From positions 1,536,001-1,600,000 of the forward strand of contig OY970208.1 in assembly GCA_963713865.1 (NCBI GenBank): a DNA stretch of 64,000 nt, read 5' to 3'. This DNA comes from an uncultured candidate division Zixibacteria bacterium (lineage in GTDB: Bacteria; Zixibacteria; MSB-5A5; RBG-16-43-9). The number at the start of each line of letters is the position of its first letter. The stretch's first letter is position 1. Below, piece by piece: positions 52,220-62,365 of the stretch. A model generated the notes under the pieces. That model worked only from the letters and a program-made list of their open reading frames with translations, was not told where the DNA came from and made no database searches. A program made the position numbers and the translations under genes.

Positions 52220-53011
52220 ATGTTCACCAAAAAATCTTTACTCTGGCTCGGCTTGATCTTCTTTTTTGCTCAAATGGCGAGCGCCCAGATGCCCGGAATT
52301 CCCATGCCGGGGAAAACCCCCAAAATGTTCGGTGAGTTCAAGATGCCGGAGGTGGGGAGTTATGCAGAATACAAGTTGACTTATCCAGGTGAAAAGGTTG
52401 AGGTCATTGCGAGGTTTGCTATTGTAGGGAAAGAAAAATCTTCAGAGGGGAAAGAACTTTTCTGGTATGAATATCAGACGAATGATCCGAAAAGTAAAAG
52501 CATTGATATTGTGAAGATGCTGATCTCTGGAGATCCACAAAAAGAGGGTAACATTGTCCGGATGATCCTCAAGCAAAATCAGGATAAGCCTATGGAGCTT
52601 TCTGCGGAGATTATGCAGATGGTAAATGCTCCAATGAAAGGAGAAAAAGAGAAGGTTAAAGCTATAGGGGAGGTCAAGAATTTAGGTAAGGAGACTTTGA
52701 AAACTGCGGCTGGTGGTTTCGATTGTACTCATATGCAATACGTCTCGGAGAAAAACGAAGTATCAGATGTATGGCAAACTCCACAGATCCCATTTTTTGG
52801 CCTGGCTAAGTCTGTTATGCAGGGAACGAGTATGGAGATTCAAAAATTCGGTAAAGACGCTAAGTCCGGTATAACTGAAGAGCCTGAAAAAATAGAAATT
52901 CCGGGAATGGAAAAACCAGGAATGAAAATGCCAGGAATGGAAAAAGTAAAAGTTCCACAACTTGATACTTTGAAGGAAGGTATTCCGAAATCAACCCAAC
53001 CTCCTAAATGA
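52220..53011 (+). CDS. Secreted hypothetical protein with Met/Pro/Gly-rich termini
   Basis: AAGGAGG SD, signal peptide, 'ETLKTAAGGFDCTH' motif, and (K)PGM repeats at both ends. Confidence 0.75.
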   Translation: MFTKKSLLWLGLIFFFAQMASAQMPGIPMPGKTPKMFGEFKMPEVGSYAEYKLTYPGEKVEVIARFAIVGKEKSSEGKELFWYEYQTNDPKSKSIDIVKMLISGDPQKEGNIVRMILKQNQDKPMELSAEIMQMVNAPMKGEKEKVKAIGEVKNLGKETLKTAAGGFDCTHMQYVSEKNEVSDVWQTPQIPFFGLAKSVMQGTSMEIQKFGKDAKSGITEEPEKIEIPGMEKPGMKMPGMEKVKVPQLDTLKEGIPKSTQPPK

Positions 53012-53188
53012 GATAAGAGCTCTGAGGAGTGTTTTTTAAGATGCTTTTGGAGTGCGAACCTTTCCTACGGTGGCTACGAGCCAGACGGAGTCTCCGTTTC
53101 TTTGATAGGTTTGCCAATTTCACGTGGGCGGACAGGTAAAGCTATCCGTCTAAAGCGGATACACTCCAGAGGTTGAAAATAAGATAGA

Positions 53189-53229
53189 AATGGTGGCTTT
53201 TCCAGAGTTGAGGGGAGGCCACCATTTTT
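53189..53229 (+). terminator. Intrinsic terminator
   Basis: ATGGTGGCTTTTCC...GGGGAGGCCACCAT followed by a T-run. Confidence 0.65.
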
Positions 53230-53256
53230 CTATAAAAAGAATTTAAAGGAAAATAT

Positions 53257-53688
53257 ATGGAATTGATAAAAAGATATTCTAACTGCTTTGTGTGCGGGGA
53301 TAGAAATGAATCCGGTCTGAAAGTTGATTTTTTCTATGACCAGGGCATATCTAAAGCGGAGTTTATAGCAGATGGAAGATTCCAGGGGTATAAAAATATC
53401 CTGCATGGTGGAATTATCTCTTCACTTTTGGATGAGGTAATGATTAAAGCTGTTATTGCAGGAGACCTTTTAGTGGTTACCGCAGAGATCGAAGTGAAAT
53501 TCCTGAAACCAGTAAAGATTGGCGAGAAACTTTTTCTGGAGGGAAAAGTCGTTAAGGAGAAAGGGAGGATATTTGAAACTGAGGGTATGGTCAGGAATTT
53601 ATCAGGTGAAACAGTAGCTACTGGAAAGGGAAAGTTTTTCAAAGCCACTGAGGAAATGCAGAAGATATTGGAAGAAAGTGTAGAATAG
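53257..53688 (+). CDS. PaaI family (hotdog-fold) thioesterase
   Basis: 'CFVCG..N..GL', 'QGY.NILHGGIISSLLDEVM', 'TAEIEVKFLKPV'. Confidence 0.9.
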   Translation: MELIKRYSNCFVCGDRNESGLKVDFFYDQGISKAEFIADGRFQGYKNILHGGIISSLLDEVMIKAVIAGDLLVVTAEIEVKFLKPVKIGEKLFLEGKVVKEKGRIFETEGMVRNLSGETVATGKGKFFKATEEMQKILEESVE

Positions 53689-53901
53689 AGTTTTTGGATA
53701 TAATATTTATATGACGATTACCCCTTAATCTCAAGAGGAGGAGTAAGCGGGGCGAGTTTAATGTGAATTTACAGGTTTATGAATAGAAAGTTGAGCAAGG
53801 CTTTAGCCCTGCTTTTTTATTTAGCATCTTGACTTTATCTTTTTTTTGTTTAAATTATAGATCAATGAAACTTTCTTTCTCAACTTTAAAGGAAAAGACT
53901 T

Positions 53902-56841
53902 ATGTTCTGGAGAAAAATCTGGTTTAGTAGTTTAGGGATGTTACTAACTTTATTTTTTATTAATATCACCAGTGCTTCAAATCCTGTGCTGATTAAAATC
54001 AAACTTAAAATGGAAAAAGATTATCAGAAAGCAAATGAATCAGGGATTAAAGCCTATGTGAAGCTGGATGATGGTTATATAGCTGAAGTCGAAAAAGATA
54101 AAATCGAAAAGCTGGAAAGTTACAACTTATCTTTTCAAATCTTAGATGAGGTTCCCTGGACTCAGGATTATTTTCTAATCTCAAAAGCATTTTTTAGAAC
54201 GAAGGCAAATCTTTCAAGTTATGGTCAGGTTCTGCTTGATGAGGATAATCTTACTTTATTAAAAACTAATCAGAGTAAAGCTATGGAACTGTTCAAAGCT
54301 GGTTACCGTTTGAATAAGATTTCACCTCAAACCATTCCTTTGAAATACACACCACCTCCTTCGCCCACTATACCTGCTCTATCTTATTCACAAGACAGAG
54401 ATAGCATTGTTTCTTTAATCTCGGCAGACTCATTGAATTCTTATCTTTTAAAATTGCAGTCTTATTTAACCCGATTTGTTTATTCCGACTCGGTTAAAAA
54501 AGCGCGCCACTGGCTTTTTGATAAGTTTAAAGAATTCGGGATCGATAATGTTTATTTCTACCCTTTCACTGCTTATGATCATTATGTAACAGGATCATTG
54601 TTGCAGGATTCGAATGTAGTTGCAGTTATTCCAGGAACAGTCAATCCGGATAAAGTCATAGTGGTAGGTGGACACTACGATTCTGTGAACTGGAATGATT
54701 CTCCTTATGATTTCAATGCACCGGCACCCGGAGTAGATGATAACGGTAGCGGTACTGCAGCAACAATGGAAATGGCAAGAATTATAGCTGAACACCCTCT
54801 TCCCAAAACAGTTATTTTTATGCCTTTTGCAGCTGAAGAGCTCGGTCTTTTAGGAAGCTGGGCTTATGCCTGGGATGCATATTACAGCGGGATGGATATT
54901 CAGTTGATGATTAATTTCGACATGATCGCACACGAAGACAATACTACTGATATGGATATTCATACCGACACCCCTTCCCATCCCTATGCTCAACTTCTGA
55001 GCCAGATGGCAGGTTTATACACCAGTTTAACTCCTCATATATTAGGGAATTCATCCGGTAGTGATAGCTGGTCCTTTTCTCAGGCAGGTTATAACATCGT
55101 ATATAGTTTTGAAACTATTTTCAGCACCCATTATCACAGTTCTTCAGATTCAGTTGTTTATCTGAACATTCCCTATATGAGCCAGATAGTTAAGATGAAC
55201 ATAGCCACCTTAGTGGAGGTAGCAGAGTCACCGGGACCGGTAAAGGATTTGCAGGCGATGGATGCCGGAGATGGAGAGGAGCTTTATCTGAACTGGTCTC
55301 CTTTGGATGAAAATGATTTAACTGGATACAGGATATATTATGGCACCCAGAGCGGGGAATATACCGATACACATTTTGTATCTTCGGGGCTTTTCTCGGA
55401 TACAATGCGTAGTCTTCAAAATGAGGTGCCTTATTATATAGCAGTTTCCGCAGTAAACGCCTTAGGCAAGGAGAGTATATATAAAAGTGAGATCGTTGGG
55501 ATACCCCGGGTAGTTCCACTTTCGCCTTCAGGACTTACCGCCGAGCCTGGCTATTTTAAGATAACTTTATCCTGGCAGGCCAATAAAGAGGCGGATTTAT
55601 CACATTATAATATATATCGTAGCACCACATCTGGCACAGGTTACGACAGCATAGCCACGGGGATAACCGGTCTTACTTATCAGGATACTACCGTTGAGGG
55701 AGGTATCTGGTATTATTATCTCTTAACTGCTGTGGATACATCCGGAAATCAAAGCAGTTATTCCAATGAGGTAAGAATGATCGCCATAACCCTGGATCAG
55801 GGTATTTTGGTAGTAGATGAGGCGGCAAACAGTCGTGGTATACCGCCCTGGCCCAGCAGTGATGCTCAGCAGGATAGTTTTTATGCTGAGGTATTTTCCG
55901 GGTATCGGGTGAGTTTTTATGAATATACCAATGTTTCCTCTCAGCCTTCGATCACCGATGTAGGTTCTTATTCTACAGTAGTTTGGCTGGATGATGATTA
56001 TCTTAAGTCCAATTTTGTGGATAACAAGGATTATGAGCTGATAGAGGAGTATTTAGGGTATGGAGGGAAGTTTATTTTTTATAGCTGGACAGGTTTAAAG
56101 AGCTTTGATGGTTTACCTCGGTTTTTTTATCCTGGCAGTTTGGTGTATGATTATCTGCATATCAGCTGGGCGAATGAGAATATCCTGGGTGATTTTGCCG
56201 GAGCTTTTTCTTATGACACTTTCTCTTATCCTGATCTGGAGGTGGATACAGTTAGGTCTAAGAATGTGAATAATTGGGGAGGTCGGTTAGGGTATGCGAA
56301 TATATTTAATTTAAGGTCGGGGGCAGATTTGCTATATTATTTTGATTCCTATACAGATGACACCGTGTATGAGGGTAAGGTTTGTGGGTTGAAGTATATG
56401 GGCACAGATTATAAGTTAGCTTTTTTTGGTTTTCCCTTATATTATCTGGAAGAGGAAGGAGCAAAGGGGATGGTAGCATCTTTGATGCGCGATTTTGACG
56501 AGCCTTTGGCAGTAAAGGATAGTCCAGCCGAAAATATACCAGAAAGATTTACTCTGAGTCAGAACTATCCCAATCCGTTTAACCCATCCACCACCATACC
56601 CTACCTAGTCAATGGTTCGCAGTTCATGGTTCATAGTCCCGTCCGCACCACCCTCAAAATATATAATATCCTCGGGCAGTTGGTGAGGACACTGGTAGAT
56701 GAAGCTAAATTGCCCGGCAGATACAATATCGTCTGGGATGGAAAAGATAGCTACGGTAAGGAGGTAGGAAGCGGGATATATTTCTATCAGTTGAGAACCA
56801 AGAAGAACAATACTTCCAGAAAAATGGTTTTATTAAGATAA
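53902..56841 (+). CDS. Secreted M28 metallopeptidase with fibronectin-III domains and a C-terminal FlgD-Ig/T9SS-type sorting domain
   Basis: GGHYDS, PGVDDNGSG, AEELGLLGS, NFDMI, SDSWSF, YHSSSD; two FN3 repeats; 'LSQNYPNPFNPSTTI...IYNILGQLVRTLV...WDGKD..G..V.SGIYFYQL...KMVLLR'. Confidence 0.92.
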   Translation: MFWRKIWFSSLGMLLTLFFINITSASNPVLIKIKLKMEKDYQKANESGIKAYVKLDDGYIAEVEKDKIEKLESYNLSFQILDEVPWTQDYFLISKAFFRTKANLSSYGQVLLDEDNLTLLKTNQSKAMELFKAGYRLNKISPQTIPLKYTPPPSPTIPALSYSQDRDSIVSLISADSLNSYLLKLQSYLTRFVYSDSVKKARHWLFDKFKEFGIDNVYFYPFTAYDHYVTGSLLQDSNVVAVIPGTVNPDKVIVVGGHYDSVNWNDSPYDFNAPAPGVDDNGSGTAATMEMARIIAEHPLPKTVIFMPFAAEELGLLGSWAYAWDAYYSGMDIQLMINFDMIAHEDNTTDMDIHTDTPSHPYAQLLSQMAGLYTSLTPHILGNSSGSDSWSFSQAGYNIVYSFETIFSTHYHSSSDSVVYLNIPYMSQIVKMNIATLVEVAESPGPVKDLQAMDAGDGEELYLNWSPLDENDLTGYRIYYGTQSGEYTDTHFVSSGLFSDTMRSLQNEVPYYIAVSAVNALGKESIYKSEIVGIPRVVPLSPSGLTAEPGYFKITLSWQANKEADLSHYNIYRSTTSGTGYDSIATGITGLTYQDTTVEGGIWYYYLLTAVDTSGNQSSYSNEVRMIAITLDQGILVVDEAANSRGIPPWPSSDAQQDSFYAEVFSGYRVSFYEYTNVSSQPSITDVGSYSTVVWLDDDYLKSNFVDNKDYELIEEYLGYGGKFIFYSWTGLKSFDGLPRFFYPGSLVYDYLHISWANENILGDFAGAFSYDTFSYPDLEVDTVRSKNVNNWGGRLGYANIFNLRSGADLLYYFDSYTDDTVYEGKVCGLKYMGTDYKLAFFGFPLYYLEEEGAKGMVASLMRDFDEPLAVKDSPAENIPERFTLSQNYPNPFNPSTTIPYLVNGSQFMVHSPVRTTLKIYNILGQLVRTLVDEAKLPGRYNIVWDGKDSYGKEVGSGIYFYQLRTKKNNTSRKMVLLR

Positions 56842-57210
56842 TTCCTTGCAGGACAGAATCCGCTCAAAGCGGTTATAAAAGTTGTAGTAGCCAAAAAGAG
56901 ATTGATTTTAAAGTAATTATGAGTTAAGATTTAATGAGTATTTTCTCGAAGCTTGAGATATTGCGAGAGCGACAATGATTAAACCATTAAGAGAAACTTT
57001 ACACAGGATATACCTAAAGGGGATGACCTAAATTTTAACCTCACCTTAATCTTCTCCTTAGAGGGGGAGGGATGTAACCTTATATCCAACAAATCAAAAG
57101 AATAGAGTCAGGATATACCCTGATCACTATTTAAGGTTAAGATTATTGCGATGCATATTTAAAAAAGTCTTAATCAAAGTTTATTGTGAGTTTATTGAAA
57201 GGATAATTAA

Positions 57211-58605
57211 ATGATTAATAAAAAGATACCTCATATTGGCACTAAACTTCCCGGATCGAAAAGCAAAAAGCTCATTATCAAGGATGAAAGTTTTGTTTCT
57301 CAGTCCTACACCCGGGCTTATCCAACGGTTATCGACCACGCTAAAGGTGCTTACATTTATGACGTGGATGGTAATGCTTTTATAGATTTTCACGCTGGCA
57401 TAGGAGTTTGCTGCACTGGCAACTGCCATCCGGAAGTGGTGGCCGCAATAAAGAAGCAGGCTGAAAAAGCAATCCATATTGCCAGCGCCGATTTCTATCA
57501 TCCTTTGGTTGGAAACTTAGCAGAGAAATTAGCTAAGATTACGCCAGGTAGTAAAGAGAAAAGAGTTTTCTTTACCAATTCAGGAACAGAAGCGGTTGAA
57601 GCTGCTTTAAAATTAGCTCGCTATAATAAGAAAAAACCCAGGATGATTGCTTTTATCGGAGCATTTCACGGCAGGACTATGGGTGCCTTATCTTTAACCT
57701 GCAGTAAAATTAACCAGAGAAGGTATTTTGCACCGATGCTGCCCGAGGTTACTCATGTGCCCTACGCATACTGCTACCGCTGTCCTTTTAATCTGGAATA
57801 TGGTAAATGCGATATGGCTTGTGTTAAATTCATCGACGAAGTTGTTTTGCAGAAAGTTGCTCCGGCCGAAGATGTTGCCGCCATATTCGTTGAGCCGATT
57901 CAGGGAGAGGGCGGATATATAGTCCCTCCTAAGGAATTTCATCCGATGCTTAAAAAGATTGCGGAGAAATATGATATGTACTACGTAGCGGATGAGGTTC
58001 AGTCCGGCATGGGAAGAACGGGTAAAATGTTCGCCATTGAACATTGGGGTGTGGTGCCGGATATTGTCACAGTATCCAAGGCTTTAGCCTCAGGGCTTCC
58101 TTTGGGAGCCTGTATCGCTCCCAAAAAGTTGATGTCCTGGGTCCCCGGTGCTCATTCCACTACCTTTGGAGGTAACCCGATTGCCTGTGCCGCTTCGCTC
58201 AAAACGATCGAGCTTTTAGAAAATGGATTGATGAAAAATGCAGAGAAGATGGGTAAATTCATAATGTCCAGATTACAGAAGATGTGGGAGAAATATGACA
58301 TCATCGGGGATGTCAGGGGTAAAGGGTTAATGATCGGGATAGAGTTTGTTAAAGATAAGAAGAGCAAAAAGCCGGCTGGAGATTATGCGAATGAGGTAGA
58401 GCAGGAATGTTTCAGAAACGGGCTTATGATCTTGACCTGTGGACCTAATTCTGTCAGGCTTATACCTCCTTTGATAATCGACGAGGAGATTGCCGATAAG
58501 GGTTTGAAGATTTTCGAGAAGGTGGTGAAAAATGTTTCTGGAAAAAAGAAAATAATTGCCGGGGTGAAGAAACAATTGAGCGTAGAGAAAACCTATCTTC
58601 TGTAG
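57211..58605 (+). CDS. Class-III PLP aminotransferase (4-aminobutyrate/acetylornithine-like)
   Basis: [54 protein letters not shown]. Confidence 0.9.
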   Translation: MINKKIPHIGTKLPGSKSKKLIIKDESFVSQSYTRAYPTVIDHAKGAYIYDVDGNAFIDFHAGIGVCCTGNCHPEVVAAIKKQAEKAIHIASADFYHPLVGNLAEKLAKITPGSKEKRVFFTNSGTEAVEAALKLARYNKKKPRMIAFIGAFHGRTMGALSLTCSKINQRRYFAPMLPEVTHVPYAYCYRCPFNLEYGKCDMACVKFIDEVVLQKVAPAEDVAAIFVEPIQGEGGYIVPPKEFHPMLKKIAEKYDMYYVADEVQSGMGRTGKMFAIEHWGVVPDIVTVSKALASGLPLGACIAPKKLMSWVPGAHSTTFGGNPIACAASLKTIELLENGLMKNAEKMGKFIMSRLQKMWEKYDIIGDVRGKGLMIGIEFVKDKKSKKPAGDYANEVEQECFRNGLMILTCGPNSVRLIPPLIIDEEIADKGLKIFEKVVKNVSGKKKIIAGVKKQLSVEKTYLL

Positions 58606-58773
58606 GTGGAACGTATAAGGGCGGAGATTATCTCCGCCCGGTGATTTTGTCATTCTGAGCCCCTACGGGGCGAAGAATCTCATTTTTTTGAGTTATAGAG
58701 GCTTAGTCCACCTGTGGCGGACTCAACATGACAGTGGATTAAGGCGGAAATTATTTAATAGCCGGAGGGTTAG

Positions 58774-59958
58774 ATGAGACTGTATGAATTTGAAGCTAAA
58801 AAGCTTTTCTCCAAGGCTGGGATACCGATCCCTTCAGGAGAAATAGTAAAATCACCGGAAGAGGCTAAACTTTTTGCCGAAAAACTTGGCAGGCCAGTGG
58901 TGCTTAAATCTCAGATTCTATCGGGTGGTAGAGGTAAAGCTGGAGGGATAAAGTTTGCTCAAAATCCTCTTGAAGCAAAAGAAAAAGCTTCTGAACTGTT
59001 TTCTCTGAAAATCAAAGGTTTTCCGGTGGAGATGGTTTTAGTTGAGGAAAAAATCGATCTGGAGAAAGAGCTTTATTTAGGGGTAACAATTGACAGGCTG
59101 AACTACAAATTGGTCATCATCGCCTGCACTGAAGGTGGAATGGATATTGAGGAGGTGGCTAAGAGATTCCCGGATAAAGTTAAGAGGCTAAACTTAGATA
59201 TAGATGAGAGGCTTTATAATTTCCAGGCTCAAACTTTAGCCAAATGGTTAGGTGTAAAAGGAGACCAGATCAGGAATGTAGGGAATATAATATCTTATCT
59301 GTTTAAAGTATTTAAGAGCTATGATGCAAAACTGGTGGAGATAAATCCTCTGGTTTTAACTAAGGAAGGGAAATATATTGCATGTGATGCCCGGATGAGC
59401 GTGGATGATGATGCGCTGTTCCGCCATAAAGAACTTTCCGAGATGGGGATTGAGAAAAGGCACGAGGAGGGGGAGATGACTGAAAGGGAGAAAAAGGCAA
59501 GGGAATGGGAGATACCATATCTGGATTTGGAGGGTAATATAGGGATGTTTCCAGGAGGTGCAGGTTTCGGGATTATGGGAAATGACTTTATTCATCATTT
59601 TGGCGGAGTGCCTGCAAATTTTATGGATTCAGGCGGTGGTCCGACTCCGGAAAGATTAGCCAAAATGTTGATTCTTTTAGATGAAAATCCCCAGGTGAAA
59701 GCTATCTTCGGGGCAAGGTTTGGCGGGATTTCCCGTTGCGATGATTTTGCCAAAGGCGTGGTTATGTTTTTAAAAGAGCACGGGCTTTCCAAGCCGATGG
59801 TTCTGCGGATGACCGGGAATATGTGGGAGGAAGGGGTAAGGATCTTCGGGCAGGCAAAAAAGGAGCATCCTGAGATATTCAAGAATATAGAGATTCACGG
59901 GATAGAAACCCCGATCGAGGAGATTGCCAAAAGAGCGGTGGAGTTAGCGAGGAAATAA
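58774..59958 (+). CDS. sucC: Succinyl-CoA synthetase beta-subunit-like protein (divergent)
   Basis: MRLYEFEAK, GGRGKAGG, EGGMDIEEV, EINPL, PANFMDSGGG, FGGISRCD. Confidence 0.85.
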   Translation: MRLYEFEAKKLFSKAGIPIPSGEIVKSPEEAKLFAEKLGRPVVLKSQILSGGRGKAGGIKFAQNPLEAKEKASELFSLKIKGFPVEMVLVEEKIDLEKELYLGVTIDRLNYKLVIIACTEGGMDIEEVAKRFPDKVKRLNLDIDERLYNFQAQTLAKWLGVKGDQIRNVGNIISYLFKVFKSYDAKLVEINPLVLTKEGKYIACDARMSVDDDALFRHKELSEMGIEKRHEEGEMTEREKKAREWEIPYLDLEGNIGMFPGGAGFGIMGNDFIHHFGGVPANFMDSGGGPTPERLAKMLILLDENPQVKAIFGARFGGISRCDDFAKGVVMFLKEHGLSKPMVLRMTGNMWEEGVRIFGQAKKEHPEIFKNIEIHGIETPIEEIAKRAVELARK

Positions 59959-60206
59959 AGTAAGACGCAAGATGTGAGACGTGGCGTCGGGCTTTACGCC
60001 CGACGTGGTATTTCGTAGTGCGGCCATTTTCCTTATAACGGAGGCCACGTCTGGCGTAACCACAGTAATCCAGGGTCGCTTGAGCGAGGTTAAAGTTTGT
60101 CTTTTCTGTCATTCTGAGGGAGTCCCCGTAGGGAACGACCGAAGAATCTGTTTTAGGTTTTAGATGCTTCGCTATGCTCAGCATGACAGTTGGAGTAAAA
60201 GGTAAG

Positions 60207-61199
60207 ATGAACAAAAAGCTAAAGATAGTTGTGGCTTTAACTGAGAAAGAAAAGGATTTTGAGGATTTTTCCGGGGTAATATCTTTCTCTCCTCAATTAA
60301 GAAATCGAGTTGAGCTAATTCGCTCAAAGAATAAAGAACATCTTAAAGAGTTGATTCCCGAAGCTGATATTCTGATTTGTTTTTCAATCTCTCCTGAGAA
60401 TTTTCAAAGAGCAAAAAATCTCAAATGGATTCACCTGGCAGTAGCTGGAGTTGATAAATCGGTCTTTCCTGAACTTCTGCAAAGCAAAGTTATAATCTCT
60501 GCCTCTAAAGGGATTCACAGCCATACTATCGCTGAGCATATCATGGGAATGATTCTATGTTTTGCGACTGGAATCCATTTATGCACCCTTCGTCAAATCC
60601 AGAAGATATGGACTTTTGATGAAGTGATGAATAAAAGATTTGAGCTGAGAGGAAAAACCTTGGGAATAGTTGGTTTGGGAAGTATCGGAAGAGAATTAGC
60701 GAAAAGAGGGAAATGTTACGGGATGGGGATAATCGGAATGAAAAACAGGTTAAAAAATAGGGGAAAAATTAGATACGTAGATAAAATATTTCCGAAAGAA
60801 AAATTGCCCGAACTTCTAAAACTTTCCGATTTTGTGGCTTTGACTTTACCTCTGACTGAGGAAACTTTTCACCTGATTGGAGAAAAAGAATTGGCATTGA
60901 TGAAAAGCTCAGCTTATCTTATTAATACCTCCAGAGGGAAGATAGTAGATGAGAACGCTTTAATTGAAGCGCTGGAGAATAAAAAGATTGCTGGTGCAGG
61001 TTTGGATGTTTTTGAGGAGGAGCCTTTAAGCCCGAACAGTAAATTATATGATTTTGAAAATGTGATAATCACTCCCCATATTGCCGGCTCGATGGAAGAT
61101 TACTTTAAGAAAGTGTCACAAATTTTTAAAGAGAACCTGAAAAGATTCTTGAGCGGAAGAAAAATGATTAATCTGGTGGATAAGAAATTAGGATATTAA
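60207..61199 (+). CDS. D-2-hydroxyacid dehydrogenase family protein
   Basis: GIVGLGSIG, LPLTEET, INTSRG, GLDVFEEEPL, TPHIAG. ATG 60207 is preferred because the upstream extension lies inside a repeat. Confidence 0.92.
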   Translation: MNKKLKIVVALTEKEKDFEDFSGVISFSPQLRNRVELIRSKNKEHLKELIPEADILICFSISPENFQRAKNLKWIHLAVAGVDKSVFPELLQSKVIISASKGIHSHTIAEHIMGMILCFATGIHLCTLRQIQKIWTFDEVMNKRFELRGKTLGIVGLGSIGRELAKRGKCYGMGIIGMKNRLKNRGKIRYVDKIFPKEKLPELLKLSDFVALTLPLTEETFHLIGEKELALMKSSAYLINTSRGKIVDENALIEALENKKIAGAGLDVFEEEPLSPNSKLYDFENVIITPHIAGSMEDYFKKVSQIFKENLKRFLSGRKMINLVDKKLGY

Positions 61200-61351
61200 T
61201 ATACTATAAATAATGATGGATGACGAATGACGGATAAAAAGATAGATGTGCGTCGGGTTTTATGCCTGACGATTTTCCTTATAATAATGAGATCGCTTCG
61301 TCGTTTAACCTCCTCGCAATGACAACAGAGGCAGGTTCCGAAAGGTGAACT

Positions 61352-62218
61352 ATGGCAATATTAGTGGATAAAAACAGCAAGGTGATCGTGCAGGGGATTA
61401 CGGGTGGGGCAGGGAGGTTTCATACTGAAAGGATGCTGCAGTACGGAACTAAGATTGTAGCAGGGACTTCTCCGGGAAAAGGTGGAGAAAAGGTGTTTGG
61501 TCTTCCGGTTTATGATACTGTAGAAGAATGTGTGAAAAGTCATAATGCTGATACATCGGTTATCTTTTTGCCAGCCCAGTTTGTGCTTGAAGCCTGTGTT
61601 GAGGCGATCTACGCTGGAATTAAATTTATCGTGGTTATTCCTGAGCATATCCCTATATTCGATATGATGCAGATAAGAAAAGAGGCTTTGAAACATAATG
61701 CTTTGGTGATTGGCGGGAATACAGCAGGGATAATTACTCCAGGCGAAGCCAATTTAGGGATAATGCCGGATATCGCTTTTTCTCCAGGAAGAGTTGGAAC
61801 TGTTTCCCGTTCTGGCTCTCTGACCTATTATGTGGCTGATACCTTAACCCGTACCGGCTATGGAGAGACGACCTGCGTGGGTTTGGGGGGTGACCCGGTT
61901 TTAGGGACTACTTTTGATGAGATTCTACTCCTTTTTGAAAAAGATGTGAATACTAAAGCGATAGTTTTAGTTGGTGAGATTGGTGGAGTATATGAGGAGA
62001 AAGCAAAAGAGACTATAAGCAAGATGAAAAAACCGGTTATTGTTATGGTGGGAGGTCTTTTTGCACCTCCGGGAAAAAGGATGGGACATGCTGGAGCAAT
62101 AGTTGAAGGTGAGATGGGTACAGCTCAGAGTAAGCTTAAAGCCTTGGAAGAAGGCGGAGCACATATTGCCAAAACTTTCTTAGATATTCCGGAGATTTTG
62201 AAAAAATTGGGGATTTAA
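61352..62218 (+). CDS. sucD: Succinyl-CoA synthetase alpha-subunit-like protein
   Basis: VIVQGITG, SRSGSLTY, GLGGDP, GEIGG, and the phospho-His motif GKRMGHAGA. Confidence 0.9.
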   Translation: MAILVDKNSKVIVQGITGGAGRFHTERMLQYGTKIVAGTSPGKGGEKVFGLPVYDTVEECVKSHNADTSVIFLPAQFVLEACVEAIYAGIKFIVVIPEHIPIFDMMQIRKEALKHNALVIGGNTAGIITPGEANLGIMPDIAFSPGRVGTVSRSGSLTYYVADTLTRTGYGETTCVGLGGDPVLGTTFDEILLLFEKDVNTKAIVLVGEIGGVYEEKAKETISKMKKPVIVMVGGLFAPPGKRMGHAGAIVEGEMGTAQSKLKALEEGGAHIAKTFLDIPEILKKLGI

Positions 62219-62365
62219 TTTTTTTCGTAGTGCGACCCTTTCAGGGTCGAAAAAAAATGTAGCGGAGGTCTTCAGACCTCCATTGATAAGAATAATGATG
62301 CAAGGCTGAAGCCTTGCCCTACGAACTACGAACGTAACTTGGCAAATTTTAGAAAGAAATAAAAT

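Noticed and set aside
58774-59958. SucC-like protein as the citryl-CoA synthetase partner of the CCL gene
   Set aside because: It retains an SCS-like FGGI.RCD loop rather than the GG.AN.T-type loop I associate with citrate-activating enzymes. Not supportable without a phylogeny.
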